Shown here: positions 11,935-26,000 of the stretch, one piece after another
Position numbering within the stretch: position 1 is the first letter of the stretch
How the letters are laid out: each line of letters opens with the position of its first letter
From: Saccostrea echinata
Lineage: Eukaryota
Length of the DNA: 64,000 bases
Assembly (NCBI RefSeq): GCF_033153115.1
Contig: NW_026889782.1
Coordinates: 25,110,001 to 25,174,000 of the forward strand
Direction: 5' to 3'
Translations under genes and position numbers: made by a program
The notes under the pieces: generated by a model
Seen by the model: only the letters and a program-made list of their open reading frames with translations
Told to the model about the DNA's origin: nothing
Databases searched by the model: none

Positions 11935-13139
11935 TGTTACGAATTTGACATTCTCCACTATTGTTATGCATAAGTAAACAAGATGTTTCTTGTTATATGA
12001 GTCATTAAAATGATGATTCGATGGATGATTGAATGAATGAGATGTATTGATATTTATTCTTGCTTACCTGTTATTATTTATTAGAGTTATTTGAAATTAA
12101 TGATGTGCTAGGTGCAAATTGTTCACCAGGTACCGAATTTCCTCCACGTTTTGAGGAATACGGAACGTAAATAAACCATTCACTGGTCTACAAATGCTTT
12201 TATATAGTACTAAATATTCTTACCTTTGATAATTGGGGCAATTAATAAATCCATTCACTGATAATTAGAGTAAAAACCTTACAATTACATTCTGCTTTTT
12301 CATACTAAGCTGCAAAAGATGTAAAGTACATTCGGAACACCTCGGATGCGTATAATAGTTAAATGTATCCGAAGCTTTCCGGCTATTTGAAGTTATGGCG
12401 CCAAATCTCATGCAATATACGTCATAATGGGTGTAAAGGCTTTATATACGAGCTCCCCGGGCTCTGACAGTCAGACGTCTGCTGTCTCACTCACTGTGCG
12501 GTCGCCAAATCTGTCAGATAACGATGACCTTACAAGAACAAGGCTCAGAAGAGTTTAGATGGGTAATTATCCCTCAATTTGTATTGACTTGTTAGCAACA
12601 CTTGATGGCTTTATTAGTTTAATGAGTTTTATTCAGACACAAGTAGTGATCTGGACTCGTTATTGTTTATTGTTGAATAATATTTACTAAGGCACAAGAA
12701 GTGACTCCTGACATTATTATTAACAACAAACTAACAAATGCATGGTGCATTGTATTGAGTTTTGTTGAGATGTTAGCATTACTTTTTGTCCCTATACAAT
12801 TAGTTGTTTGCTATAACCTGACATTTCATATTTATACTCACTAAGTGAAGAAATCACTAGTTGGAACTTTATTCAATACCTAAAGGCATTAGGTCTATTT
12901 ACATTCATTAAAGGGTTTGTTTAAGGGTGGTTTATAAATTAACATTTGTTGGAAAGGGTGGTTGGTTTGCTTTTATTTCAGGTGAGGACCGCAGAGCCAA
13001 AGAAGAATATTTTTGTATGTTTATTGAATAAAATCTAATAAAATATTAAAAACAAATTATATTCTGTTGTCTTTCGTTCAACATTCAGATTAAGGAGCCC
13101 CACAATGTTACGCTAAACATAAAGCTGTAAGTCGTAACA
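11935..13139 (+). repeat. 3' LTR (1205 bp)
   Basis: TGTTACGA...TCGTAACA 8-bp terminal inverted repeat; TATA-like motif and AATAAA signals inside. Confidence 0.96.
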
Positions 13140-16100
13140 TGCGCATGTAAGTAAACCTTGTACGATTCAATTATTTCTTACATTTTGAAAGTGACACAAA
13201 GTGTAGATTATACAAAGGCGGATATCGTGTTTATCGTTACTACCTGCGCAGCCACCTAATTACATCTTACATTATTATTATTAAAAAAAGAACTTACCCT
13301 TGCATGATATTGTTTTAACTCTCTCTGGTTCGTCTGACAGTACTTCTAACGAAAATCTTGAAGGTATTTTCAAATACCTGACGCCAGTCGCAATTTGGAG
13401 ACTTATATGCGATTTGTACCCGATTGTACAAAATGATATACAAAAACAGGATTTTTCGCAGTAAAAACCCCTTGTCGTTTCCCTGCAGCATCGGGTATAC
13501 AGTCGACATTCTTCTTGCAAAGTTAAAGACAATACAATTGTCCACATAAAAAAATCACGTTCCTCATTTGAACCATTGTGGCAAAGTGATAATTGTGTAT
13601 GGGTCGCAATTTTATCACTTATTATCTTATGAATCACTTTTTTTTTCACAATTAAAAAAAATATAAGGGTATATCATTCATTCTACTATAAGACCTCATA
13701 TTTAACCAAAAAAAAATACCAACACAATGAATGAAAACATTGTTTGTAATTAATTAATTTTAATGTGTTTATCATTCCTATATTTACATAGTACAGGGGG
13801 AAATTTTGCTATCGTATTAAGTTTTCAACAGATAGGTGATCTGAGGTCACACTAACTCGTATTAATGTTCACGCTGACCTGGTACATACTATATTGCCCT
13901 GAGTATCAATCTACACGATTTTTTTTTTTAAACTCGTTCAGTCTTACATTCATAACTTCTCACAGTTTACGTTAAATATGTTAATTGAGAACATCGCTGT
14001 ATACATGTATATCAAATATATTGAGCGGATATAAACACCCTTAATTCATTTCAGAGTAAATTATAACTTAGTATAACCATATCTCAAGTATTTGCAAACT
14101 CTTTGTAAATCTAATTTGCCTTAATAAAGACCAAGCACCTGCGCACAATATGCTCATTTTGTTAAATACATTAGCGTGTATGATCATAAAAAGTTACATA
14201 TAATTTATTTTTCAAATGAAGTATCCCAAGATTTTTTCACATTTTTCAGCATTATTTTTTTTATCTTTATAAAAAACAATTTTATATACAAGTGTACAAT
14301 TTAAAAAAAGATGCTGTGTAATACGTAATATAAATGTCATATCCATAATTTACCCATTAATAAATTATTTCGTTTGATATCATTGTATTTATTTAAAAAT
14401 ATGTCATTGATGTAGTTTTTAATAAAAAAAAAAGTCTTAGTTAAGTTCCGTAAAATGTTAAATATCATTGACTGTTTTTCCGTTCTCGTCACCATTTTTC
14501 ATTTAGACGCCAAAGTTTTCGAACCATCTTAAAAAACATGGAAATTTCAATCAGGTATGAAATTTAACAGTAAAATACCGTAATTGTGTTATCTATTTTT
14601 TGTACCCTAATTTATCAAAAAATAATTTAGATTCCGTATACATGATATAAAGTAATTCAATATTTCTTCTTTTAGAAACGCAAAGGACCTTTCACCAGAG
14701 AAAAAAAAATCAAGATATCGTTAACATTATGGTAAGTAAATTTAAAATATTTTTTTTCACCAGATGTATAAATTTTTTCGTTATATTTCAATTTTTACGT
14801 TGTATATTCAAGTTAAAATCACTTTTTAATTATAGCAAGAAAAAATGCAGCTTGCAAGAAACAGAGGAAGAAAAGAAAAAACTTACACAAAGCGAAGAAC
14901 AAAGAGGTTGAGGAGGAAGAGAAGGAGGAAGATGAAGGAAAAGAAGACGGTGAACAGGGTGAAGAACAGGATGAGGAAATGATGAAAATGGAGTGCTAAA
15001 AACTATAAAAGAAACTATAATTGTGATATAAAGTGTTTGGATATTTAAAAAAAAAACGTAAGTTAAAAAATATAAGTTGGGATTTTTCAACCAAAATAAT
15101 TGTCAAAGTTAAAAGTGTGAAAATGAAAGATAAATTTACAAAAGTAACCGTAAAATTTGGCAGTCATGCAAAATTGACGGAGTTATCTTTCTTACATTTC
15201 TCATAAGTTGTTTTTTAATTACTTTTTTGGTAAGTTTTATTAAAATAAAAAAAAATTATTTATCAAAAGAAAATTATATGTTAAATAACTACTTTATGTT
15301 TTTTGCTAGTGTCTATTTTACAAGTTATATATCAAAGTAATTGACTTACCTCCTTTTCTGTGTCTGTATTTCTCTGTGTTGTATTTACGGCATCTGTCTA
15401 CTTTTTTTCTTTAGGGCTTATATATGATCTGTTAGTTGGATTTGATAATTTTTATTTATATTTTATTCTTCATATATGAAATATTTCTAAAAATAAAATT
15501 GATGTCTTTTTAAAAAAAAAAAAAGAAGAAAGATCTCTCACGATCCGTGTATAGTAAGCGCATGAAATACCCAATATTAAAGTAAACATGACCGAGTTAT
15601 TTTCCATGCATCATTTTTCCGTGCCGAGTTAGTCTTTGTTATTTTTTTTTTTAAAAATACTTGTTCTTTAACGATATTTTTTTGAAAAGTCTATTTAATA
15701 TGTTAAATCATTTTTTTTTTTTCAATATAAAAAGAATAATACGATGTTGTATCAAAATTCTTAAAGAATTTCTTAGCTTATCATGGAACATAAACCATAC
15801 GTCTGTAAATGTGGTATCTTTTCGAAAAAAATTTAGTGGCCATTAAAACGGCCGTTGGGTTTAGTCATTAATCATGACCCTATTTTTTTCTGTTCTTCTT
15901 CGTTCTTCTCTTCGTATTCATGGTCAAATACAAAAACAGCTTCACCGTTAAACCACCGCATTCTCCCTAATGGTAGTTGTTCTTTTAATTCTTGATCCCA
16001 ATCTTCTAATAGAGGGATTTTGTGGTCTCTTATAATCAAACTTTGTCCGATTGCCATTCTTCTTCTATTTTCAAAAACAATATTATCACCCCCCTTGAAA

Positions 16101-16444
16101 AACATTTATATAATAAATATTAAAATTTATGCTGACATAAACGCTCTATATTTAGAAAATGATATAGCAGACAGGTTGGCACAGCCTTGCGCTGCGCACG
16201 TTTGGACCATTGAGTACGCATGCTCAATCATCCTCATCATCATCTTAAGATTACACCACCTTTAGGTAATCAAATCTACCACATGACCTAATATTGCATC
16301 ATACATCTATAATTAAATCATCCGCCATCTTGATTCTATAAATTAATGTGATTCATAAATTACATCATCTTACGTCATACATCTAACATTAGACCATCCG
16401 CCATCTTAAATCCATTTAAAAGGATATATATGCAGCATCAATTG

Positions 16445-16959
16445 TGCCTTTAAAAACTCTGAATCTACTGACTAAAATACCAAAAAACATTCTATACAAC
16501 TCTTCTTGCCCTTGATAGCCTGTAGTTAAATATTCTTTTTGATAAATCCAGTTGTCTTGAAAGATAAGGCTTCATGAGGTAGGTTTTTAGAGGAAAAGCT
16601 TCGTCATCAACGATAACACAGGGAAGAGGATTTTCTCTTCCAGGCAAAGTTTTCCCAAGTGATACATTTAATGACTTCTCTTCTAGAGCTTTGAAAATAG
16701 ATGAATTAGCAAACACACCCTGTCACTGATTCTACCATTACATCCAAAATCAACATATATAAATCTATAATCTGCATCAACCAATGTAAAAAGAACAAAA
16801 TCTGAAAAATTGTTTGTAGTTGTAATACATTGATCCCCTTTTTATGGAGCATTTTATTGCTACATGTTTCCCATCCATTGCAGCAATACAGTACGGGAAG
16901 TTCTATTTTTCCTCAAGTTGCTTAGATACTTTATCCCATGCTTCACTTGTATCTGGCAC
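16445..16959 (-). pseudogene. PIF/Harbinger transposase fragment (HARBI1-like DDE)
   Basis: NFPYCIAAMDGKHVAI, YYNYK, VDADYRFIYVD, DEAFPLKTYLMKPY, FNYRLSRARRVV*NVFGIL; stops and frameshifts present. Confidence 0.92.
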
Positions 16960-16985
16960 CTGAAAGAAACAAAATATTTTTTTAG

Positions 16986-17491
16986 GATTCAAACAGTCAA
17001 ATGGATGATGACGATTTTGACCGACGTGAAGACACACGTTTGAAGAAACTTGAAACTTAGATGATGGATTTTCACCACAAAATAGAAACAGTAAGAGAAA
17101 AAGAATATCTCGAGCAGAGCCAAAAGCTTCTGCCCAGGAGATGGATGAGGATGTTTTGTTTGGACAATATATGGCAGTGGAACTGAGAAAAATACAAGAT
17201 CAAAGGAAAAAAGCTTATATAAAACTTAAGATACAGTCTCTACTTTGTGAAACACAGTTTGGATCTGGATCAGAATTGACCTCTAACAACTTCATTTCAA
17301 ATGATAGAAACCAAGCAACTTCAACAAATCAGAGTCAAAGTTATGGAAATATCAGTTGGATGAATTTGTCTTCAGGGATGACACACCATCCTTTAATGTT
17401 TAATAACAAACAATATACTAGTAGATTACCTTCAGATAATCCTCCTTTAAGACCCTTTATATTGCTTCGCATGTCTCAGGAACTATTTTAG
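16986..17491 (+). pseudogene. Harbinger accessory (MADF/Myb-SANT) protein C-terminal exon with a BESS-like motif
   Basis: DEDVLFGQYMAVELRKIQDQRKKAYIKLKIQSLL, adjacent to the Harbinger transposase. Confidence 0.75.
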
Positions 17492-18216
17492 ACAATGTGG
17501 ACACTGGAGCTCGGGATAAATATGATATTGACTGATTAGTGTTTCTCTTCTTATTTTTTCCCTTTTTTAATATTTATTATTTTTCATCTTTAATTTTTAA
17601 TATTAAATTTAAGATATACAAGTACATAAACAACATCAGTTGATTTCTTTCCAGACTAACACTGTATCTTTTCAACTTCCAGTTTCATATTAAAATAATC
17701 AGGTTTACAAAATTATTTTTTTTAGAAAACAACCTAATGCGCCCGCAAGAAAGCTGTTAAGTGTTTTACAATAAATTTTATTCGTTTTTTCCTTAATTGT
17801 TTTGAGTATTTTTTATATTCTCTACAGACATTTTGGTGATTGATTCTGTATTTCAGAAAAATTAACCGCCATGAGGATATAATTCTCATTAATTCTAAGC
17901 AAGATATTCCTGTATATTTTTTATCTTTTTGTTGTACGTTTTTTTTATGTATTAAAATCCTCTCTGACTTCTTATTATAGTTCCACGGACCTGAACCCTT
18001 TGGATCAACGTAAGACTTTCTTAACATTTCGGCGATTGGGAGGTAAATTACATAATTCAGCTCAGCTTGTGTTTTTTTTTTTCTAATACAAAAAATTCTA
18101 TACTTAAATATGTTTTCCTTCTCTAATAGTTTCATTCGGATTCTCTTTTCAGTCCTGTTATATAACCGACTGTTATAGCCAACAAAACATCTTTACCCAC
18201 TTAATATATATATATA

Positions 18217-19291
18217 CGAGGGGTTATCAAAAAGTTCGTGGACTGACGCGATAAAATTAATAATATGTAGTCTTTTCTTACAAAATTTATGCGGAACATA
18301 AAACAACAAAAGTTTAAGAAATGTTGAAAATTTTAGCTTGATAAGTTGATAATTTGCCAAATTATTCTAAAATTAAAAAGACTTTATGTGATCACCCGGC
18401 GCTGTCGCCGTTTAGTGTCATGACGTCCGCTTAACGTCATTGTTTCTTAATGTCCGCTCTCTCTACCTCATACACTTATCTTGATGAGATTACCTGGAGT
18501 TAAGTTAGGACTTAAACCCGTCTTATTTATATGAATTTACAATGTCATGAGCAGCTGTTTTCAATGCATATAATATTGTAAATGGATCTTTATATGGGGA
18601 AAGATCCTCACTTGATTATGCCAGAATACTTAGCTTGTTGGAGTTCAATTTCTACCACACATGATCAACGTCACTTTTCGACGTGACTGACTTTTGACAC
18701 CCTGACTACAAATCGACACTAGCTGTGCATATTTCATCTCTCTGAATCTTTTTAGGCATTAAAAAACAAGTACTCTGGATGCATTTTATTTTTCTGTAGC
18801 CAGTTTAAACATTCCTTAGGTCAATACCAGTTTTTCCAGGACCGAAACTCTATAGAGTGTTTGAAAAAGAAACCCCTCCCCCCTTTTGACGTTATTTTCA
18901 AGCCCATAATTGTTTGGACACTCCATATAAAATTTACGATAAAATTTCATAGAAATTACAGAATGGGGTAAAAATTCCAAATTTTACTGAACAAATGTGT
19001 CATACCACATGCCTGAATTAACGAGATTTTCTGATGACAAATACTCATATCTAAAGAGTTTTTCTCAGTTACACTCAGGTAGGAAAAAACGTCATATTAG
19101 AGGTTGCGCCGCCTGGACATACCTTTGCTTACAAAAACACTAACGTTTTATTAAAAAAATAAAAATTATGATTTATGGTTTATTCTATAGATAGAAAGGA
19201 TGATGCTAACTAAATGTGTAAAAATTCATTGATGTACCTAAAGCGGTTTTAATTTTATCACGCTAGTCCACGAACTTTTTGATAACCCCTC

Positions 19292-19292
<1 letters not shown>
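18217..19292. mobile_element. Non-autonomous mariner/Tc1 element (MITE)
   Basis: 28-bp perfect TIR CGAGGGGTTATCAAAAAGTTCGTGGACT; TA target within a (TA)n tract. Confidence 0.92.
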
Positions 19293-19338
<46 letters not shown>

Positions 19339-19507
19339 TATTAGTGTTTATTATTGCACGTTTTCCAGAATTTTTTTCTTTCATTATTGCCCTCTTCTCT
19401 GTAGATCACATGAGACGGAAACGATCCAGTGAGTTTATTCTCTCTCTCTTACTAGATCTCTCTCAAAAAAAACTTTAAACTTTCATTTCTTACATGTCTC
19501 AAGTTTA

Positions 19508-20124
19508 TTAGTCCCCTACCGGTGAAACCGAAGGGGACTATAGGTTTCCTCTGAGTCTGTCCGTCCGTCTGTCAGTCTGTCCCACTTGGTTTTCCGCACT
19601 TTTCTTCTAAACGCTTGCAGAAATTGAGCTGATTTTTGGTATGTGACTTAACCTTGATGAGTTATAGATCAAGTTGCATTCCGTTCCGCTTCATTAATTT
19701 TTGACGGAATTATGGCATTTTCATTTTTTAACGGGAACCAGATTACACTTGCCGGTAGGGGACTAGTATTGCTAATGCAATACTCTCAGAATGCTCGTTT
19801 TTTTACGCATGTTTCTGTGAAATAATTCTCTTTTTTTTCAGTCCCCGGACTAAACTTTATAAACCGGAGGGGACTATAGGTTTCCTCTGAGTCTGTCTGT
19901 CAGTCTGTCCCAACTTGGTTTTCCGCACTTTTTTTCTGAACGCTTGCAGATATTGAGCTGATTTTTGGTATGTGAGTGTATCTTGATGAGTTACAAATCA
20001 AGTTTGCATTATGTCCCGCTTCAATGATTTTTTGACGGAATTACAGCATTTTTAATGGGAACCAGATTACACTTGCCGGTAGGGGACTAGTATTGCTAAT
20101 GCAATACTCTCAGAATTCTTGTTT
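19508..20124 (+). mobile_element. Two tandem ~290-bp HINE-type elements (19508-19800 and 19838-20124)
   Basis: AGTCCCC..GGGGACT subterminal IR, GTCT/GTCC microsatellite, and 3' GTATTGC-TAAT-GCAATAC hairpin, all duplicated. Confidence 0.8.
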
Positions 20125-23021
20125 TTATTTCTCTCTTCCTTGTAGATCCCTTGAAAAGGAAACGATCCAGTAATTCTCTCTCTCTCTCTTCCTTTCTCTG
20201 ATTCTGTTTCAAACTTTAAACATACATTTTTTACATGACTTCATACATGTTTTTTTTTCCTTTCAAATACATTTTTTTCATTCTTGCTCTCTTCCGTATA
20301 GATCTGATGAAAAGGAAATGGAAACAAACCAATAACTAACTTCTGTCTCTCTTAACTTAAACTTTCATTTCTTACATTTTACAAATTCCATTTATATGAA
20401 CCTTAGTTATATGTTATATACACCCAGCTTTGAAATTGAAGAGGGTCGGTGTAAAAAAAATAATAAATTGAATTCAAAAGAAAATCCTTGTCATGATTGA
20501 AGAAGTGTGAAGTGAATTTGGGCCCAGCTTTAAAAAAGTTATACAGATAAATGGTGTTACCAAATTGTCGACGACATATTTCACAGAATACAATTTAGGA
20601 ACTCATTTATCTGTTCGTATATATGAAGATTATAAGTACTCGTTAACGTGAACACAAACAGACAGCTGACATACATTTAAGTCTTCATCAACCGATTTTA
20701 CTACGATTACTTCTCGTACAGTTCTTCAAGCGTCAAACCTTGTCCCATTGTGATTTACATTTGTAACGGGGCATATGAATCTGGAGGCCCCAGAAATAGT
20801 CATGGATTTCATATTGTTTCTCTTTCAAAGTTTTCTCCAGTTTTATTTTATACTCAGATGTGGTAAACTAATCAAGTTACACAAAAGATTACACATGATT
20901 CCTTCGGGCTATCCAAACGGATATGATCTCCATTCCCGGGATGAGATAAAACTCAGAAAAATTCTGGTCTGAGCAGCCATAGTTTTTGGTACTGGATTAC
21001 AGATGGTAACGAATGAGACCGAGAGTTATCAAGCTGCCATATTTATGCATACAGCGAGAGCGCAAAAGAAAGCACTCTAAAGGGGAAAGTCAAGAATATC
21101 ATGGAGGAGTCAAAATATGTTATTTTGTGCTTATGAATACATATATTCGGGAGAATAACTCATTATGAGATTAGAAACACTTTCAAACATCCCTCTTCCC
21201 ATATGATGGAGGTAAGGTTAGGACATGATTGATTTCACAGTATTTATGATTCTTGACATTAATCCTTCGTTTAGAATAGAAGTTTTCATGTCCAAACCAT
21301 AAGGAGACCTGAATACACAAACTACTTATTTGACAAAAATAATCCACCAAATGTGTTATCAAGTGAAGATATTAGCTTTATTAAAGCGATATTTTCTGAA
21401 TTTAGACCAATATGCCAAGTCCCCTGAATAACTTACTGACAGCGAAACATCGTCAACACTGGCGAACTCGAACGATAACACAGATCAGTTAGAGGAAGAA
21501 TCAACATCTGAATATGAAATAAACCTTTTTTTTTCTTTTTTGTACTGCGAATGACTATTAAAATAAAACTACTTAAAGAATCAACAATTGATATATTTTT
21601 TCAAAAAAGAGAGAATTTTGTAACGTGTATACGCGCACATGGGAGCTGGTAATATGTTTGTTGTGCTTAGTGTTGTGTGGCAGATCAGAGATAAACATCC
21701 AGGCAGCTTTAAGCAGTAGACAGACGTTTTGCATAAAATTTTTTAAAAAGTATTTATATTGTGATTGTACAGTATTCATTTACATTTGATTTAAAGACCT
21801 CAGTTTTCTTCATTGATTTTGTATCAATCAAGATATAATTGAACTTTCCATTCAGTCACAGATGGAGGATGGAAGGAGTTCTGTTCATGTCGTCACTGAA
21901 AGATCAGCAAAACATTCAGACGTTTTCCCCAAGTGATGGAACGCATGGTGTCTGCAAGGCGAAAGTAACCCTATCTAGGCTGTAAAAGAGATGGAAAATA
22001 AGGATGTTTTGGATTTCAAAAAGCATGCAGATGATTGCACAGGCAACAGGAACCAAGCGGAATACGGATCAAGAGTAAAATGGCATAATATTCCAGTATC
22101 AAAAGGAAGAGCCAATTCAAGATATTCTTAAAATATGAGATCAGTCAGCCAGAATATAATTCCATTGATGTGGACGAACCGGAGGTACCGAACATAGAAA
22201 CATGAAAAATTATCACCCGGAACCACTTTACTTTTTATTATATTATTCATAACATTATATTATATATATTTGAAATTTCACCTTAATAAAAGATCACAGT
22301 GAATGTGTGTAGAATGCGACACACCTTCTTCCAAAAATGCATTAATTGGTCAAGTTTTATTTTTATAGGTCTAATAGCTTTCTAGTTACATTGTATGAGC
22401 CGGACAGCATCTTAATTAAAGGTCACAGAGACCTTCTTTTAATGAGTGACACATCTTCTACCCAAGATGTATCAGCTGACAAAAAAGGTTAATAATTCTG
22501 GGACTACAGACAGAAGGGCTGATTTGAACGCCATAACAGTAATACGTTCCCTTTTATGACCGGCCTATAAAAATAAATTAAAAAGAAAGGAAAAGTCTAC
22601 AAACATACTATAGTCTGTCCCACAACCGGAACGTCACCACTTTTTGCAAGATATCTCAAAATAAATAAATACCTTGGCCTTCAACCTAGGTCCGATCGGT
22701 AGATTGATTTTTTTCCAAACTTTCTGCTTTTATACGAATCATCGAGGTCAACCAGTGTATACACACGGCGGCAAATTCAAAGTCTACGGGGATTTAACAT
22801 TGCCAAAATGGCTGCCACTTCGGAAGGGGATCCGTCATTAATTTTTATTCTTCGGAATTTTCCGTAGCCTTCCGTTAGTGACGTCATTGACGTTTCAACG
22901 CTGCGCACGTTGGCTCTATTTACGCATGCGTTACAAAAATAACGTGTTTTTGCAATTCACATAGGCTTTAAGCATTTAATTTTTAAAGAAAATAACCAAC
23001 TATCACAGCAGAATTTGCAAA

Positions 23022-26000
23022 ATGCCACGGCAGAAAAAGAACAGACAAGTTGTAAAATCACTACAGGTACATGTATAAGCATGATAACTGAGGTATAACG
23101 TTATATGTTGACAACTTTGAGCTATGCAGCTATTTTTGCAACCATGGACCTACGGTGCTAGGCTATATTCTGGAATGTCCATATAAATTCCTAGAACAAG
23201 CATTTGTGTAGAAAAAATTGACTTTACCTTATGTGAGCATACCTTGGTATAGTTAATCCAACTCAGAGGACAGGGCATTAAGCCTGTATACTTCAGAATC
23301 TCGGTATCACCAAACAGTTGCACACACATAGGCCTATAACGTTCACCCTTGTTAAATTATATCCAGTGCTATATTTCACCTCAGCCATAACTTAAACACT
23401 ATAATTGCATTCCATATTCAGAACACTCTACACACACACAAATCCATAGTTGGTAAAATATAACAGGCAACAGTTTTGAAAGTTCTAGCTGTTGTGTTGA
23501 CTGTTGTCTGCTCAAAAATGACGTCAAGAAACGACCTTGCCCTCTAAAAAGTGTGGTGTAAGGTCTATTCACACCCATGTAAATTTTACCCGTGTTATTA
23601 ATATAGGCACATAATTAGTGAGAGAGAAGTCTAAATTTAGCATACACTGTATATGGTTTCATACCTGGCCATGCCTTTTCTTTCACATTTCAATAAATTA
23701 AAAAAAAATCAAAAACCAAAAAGCACGTCTTTATTATTTTTTTTTTTATAAACAAGAAAGACAACTCTTAGATACTGAATAAAAACTAGCATCTCAATTG
23801 CTGGCAAGAGTTACTTCCCACACAAGTTAACTACTCAAGCAAAATAAACCGAGACAAACTTACCATAATGTTTCATTTTTCACAGTAAGGACAACAAATC
23901 AAAACTTATATTTTGTACAGAAGCAAAAATCTTAAATATCAAAGATGAATTTAAAAACTGAATATAGTGATGCCATGAGTTGCAAATCTATATGCATAAG
24001 CTATCTATTTTTATTGTTATAATATGTATGTTATAAATGAGGTTCAAGTAAAAGTTATATGTATATGTCAAATATGAGCCTTTCACAACTTCAAGATGAA
24101 ATTTTCATTCTTCTAAGTAATGTACATATATGTACTTGTTTAAAATTGAAATCAGGAATATTTTTCTTTTAATGCATGCAAGAAGTTGTGATTGGACAGC
24201 ATTGTTAAATTTAAAACACAGTAAGAGTGCATTATAAAACCTTGCACATTGTCTTGAAATTCATATGAAAAGGCTTATGGGTCAGGCCCGTAGGAAGCAA
24301 TTTCAGTTGGAAGGGGGGGGGGGGGGGGGCAAAGCCATACATTTTCAGATGTTTTTATTGAGGGGGCACAAGCATATAGTAGTTAATATGTTTTCTATAT
24401 ATCGGCAAAATTATACTCCCCCCCCCCCCGACCATGTAGGTTATAGTGTTCATTTAATGCACAGCTGAGTTTAGAGATTTATGATTCTCTTTTATTCTAA
24501 GTTAGATAATACATCTATATTAATAACACAGAAAATATTGCATATTTTCAAGGATCATTGTTATCATTATTCAGCTGTTGAAATAAATGATAAATCTGCT
24601 GTGTTTAGAATGAACATTGTGTCTCCTGAGGCTTTTAGGATTCCAATACTTAATGAGTTGGTAAAGCTGATATTGCCAATTAGGCAAATTTTTTTTATGG
24701 GGAAAAAAACTGTTCTTCATTGGAAAAGGGGAAGGGGAGAAAATAAACCTAAATTCATTTTAGCTCACCTGTATCGTATGAAAAGATTTGAAATTGATTT
24801 CATAGGTGTTCTGAATATCTTATAACTCAAAAGAGTTCATATAAACAAAAATAGTAGCCATAGAATGAACTTAATAAAATACATATTAAGGTGGTCTAAA
24901 ACTATTACTTTAACATTTTTTTTTATAATACATAGGTTCTTGACATTCTTAATAAGGTCTATCAGACTTTTGAGCATGAGAGCAAACAGGGAAGGGTAAA
25001 GAACATCTCTAACCCTCTGAAGAGACTTTCTACAGCAACAGGTATTAATTATCATAGAAATATTTTGTTACCGACAGATATCTGTAATAATGGACCTTTT
25101 CACAAGATATCCTGCAACTAACACCAAAAAAAATCCAATTCTGAAAAAAGAAAATCTAAGTTATTTAGATAAAACAAGAGGCCCATGGGTCATATTGCTC
25201 ATCTGAGCACTCTGTTTAGGAAAAGCAAGATTTAGTTCAGAATTGAGAAGTCTAAAAAATATATATATAGTCTCACCCTATCCCAGGGAGTAATGATTTG
25301 AAACAAACTTGCTTCTATTTCATCATAACTTAGCTGTTCCTGATAGAAGACTTCTTCCATATATACTCCCTTGTAAAACTTTTATTGTCTAATGTAGCCA
25401 TGCCATACCCCCCAGGGGTAATGATTATAATAAATTTAAATCTACACTAACTGAGGATACTTTAGAATTAATGTCCCTAATAATATCTCAGTTGTTCTTG
25501 ATAAAAAGACTGTTGAAAGATATTTCCTACATCTTCCTATGTATAACTTTAATCCCCTGTTTTGGCCCTGCCCTACTCCCAAAGGCACCATTTGATTAGA
25601 CCCTGAATCTACACTATGCAATGAAGCTTTCACACAAGTTTTGCAATGAAACTTTCACATAAGTTTCATCTCTTCTGTCCCAGAGGTTCTTAAGAAGAAT
25701 TATAAAAGATGCCACTTTATTTCCAACATTTGAAAATTATCTCCCCTTTAAAGAGAGTGGCCTTTCATGTGAACATATTTGAAATTCCTTTACCCAAGGA
25801 TGCTTTGTGGCAAGTTTGGTTGAAATTGGCTTAGTGCTTCTGGAGAAGGAGATAAATTAGTGAAATGTTTATGTTGCCGACAATAATGAAAACGACAGAC
25901 AACAGACACATTTTGATCAGAAAAGCTTTCTTAAGCCTTTGGCTAAGGTGAGCTAAAACTGTCTTGCTTCTATTGCATTAAAATGAATTGTGAGTAATTG

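Larger units (their letters stand above)
1..13139 (+). mobile_element. Ty3/Gypsy LTR retrotransposon (first ~219 bp of the 5' LTR lie outside the window) carrying an extra ZnF-BTB ORF
   Basis: Direct repeats 1-1009 and 12154-13139; PBS, PPT, gag, and pol domain order PR-RT-RH-INT with a GPY motif. Confidence 0.97.
13280..18180 (-). other. Degraded compact intronless ORF remnants, possibly Maverick/Polinton- or virus-derived
   Basis: Minus-strand ORFs 13281-13649, 15872-16105 (with TATATAAATG start context) and 17734-18135 have protein-like composition; no hallmark gene recognised. Confidence 0.25.

Noticed and set aside
14830-15000. Glu/Lys-rich ORF-like purine tract
   Set aside because: Low-complexity GAA/GGA sequence with stops.
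20760-22200. Faint Gypsy gag/integrase-like words (YQAAIFMHT and similar)
   Set aside because: Too degraded to support boundaries or a family call.
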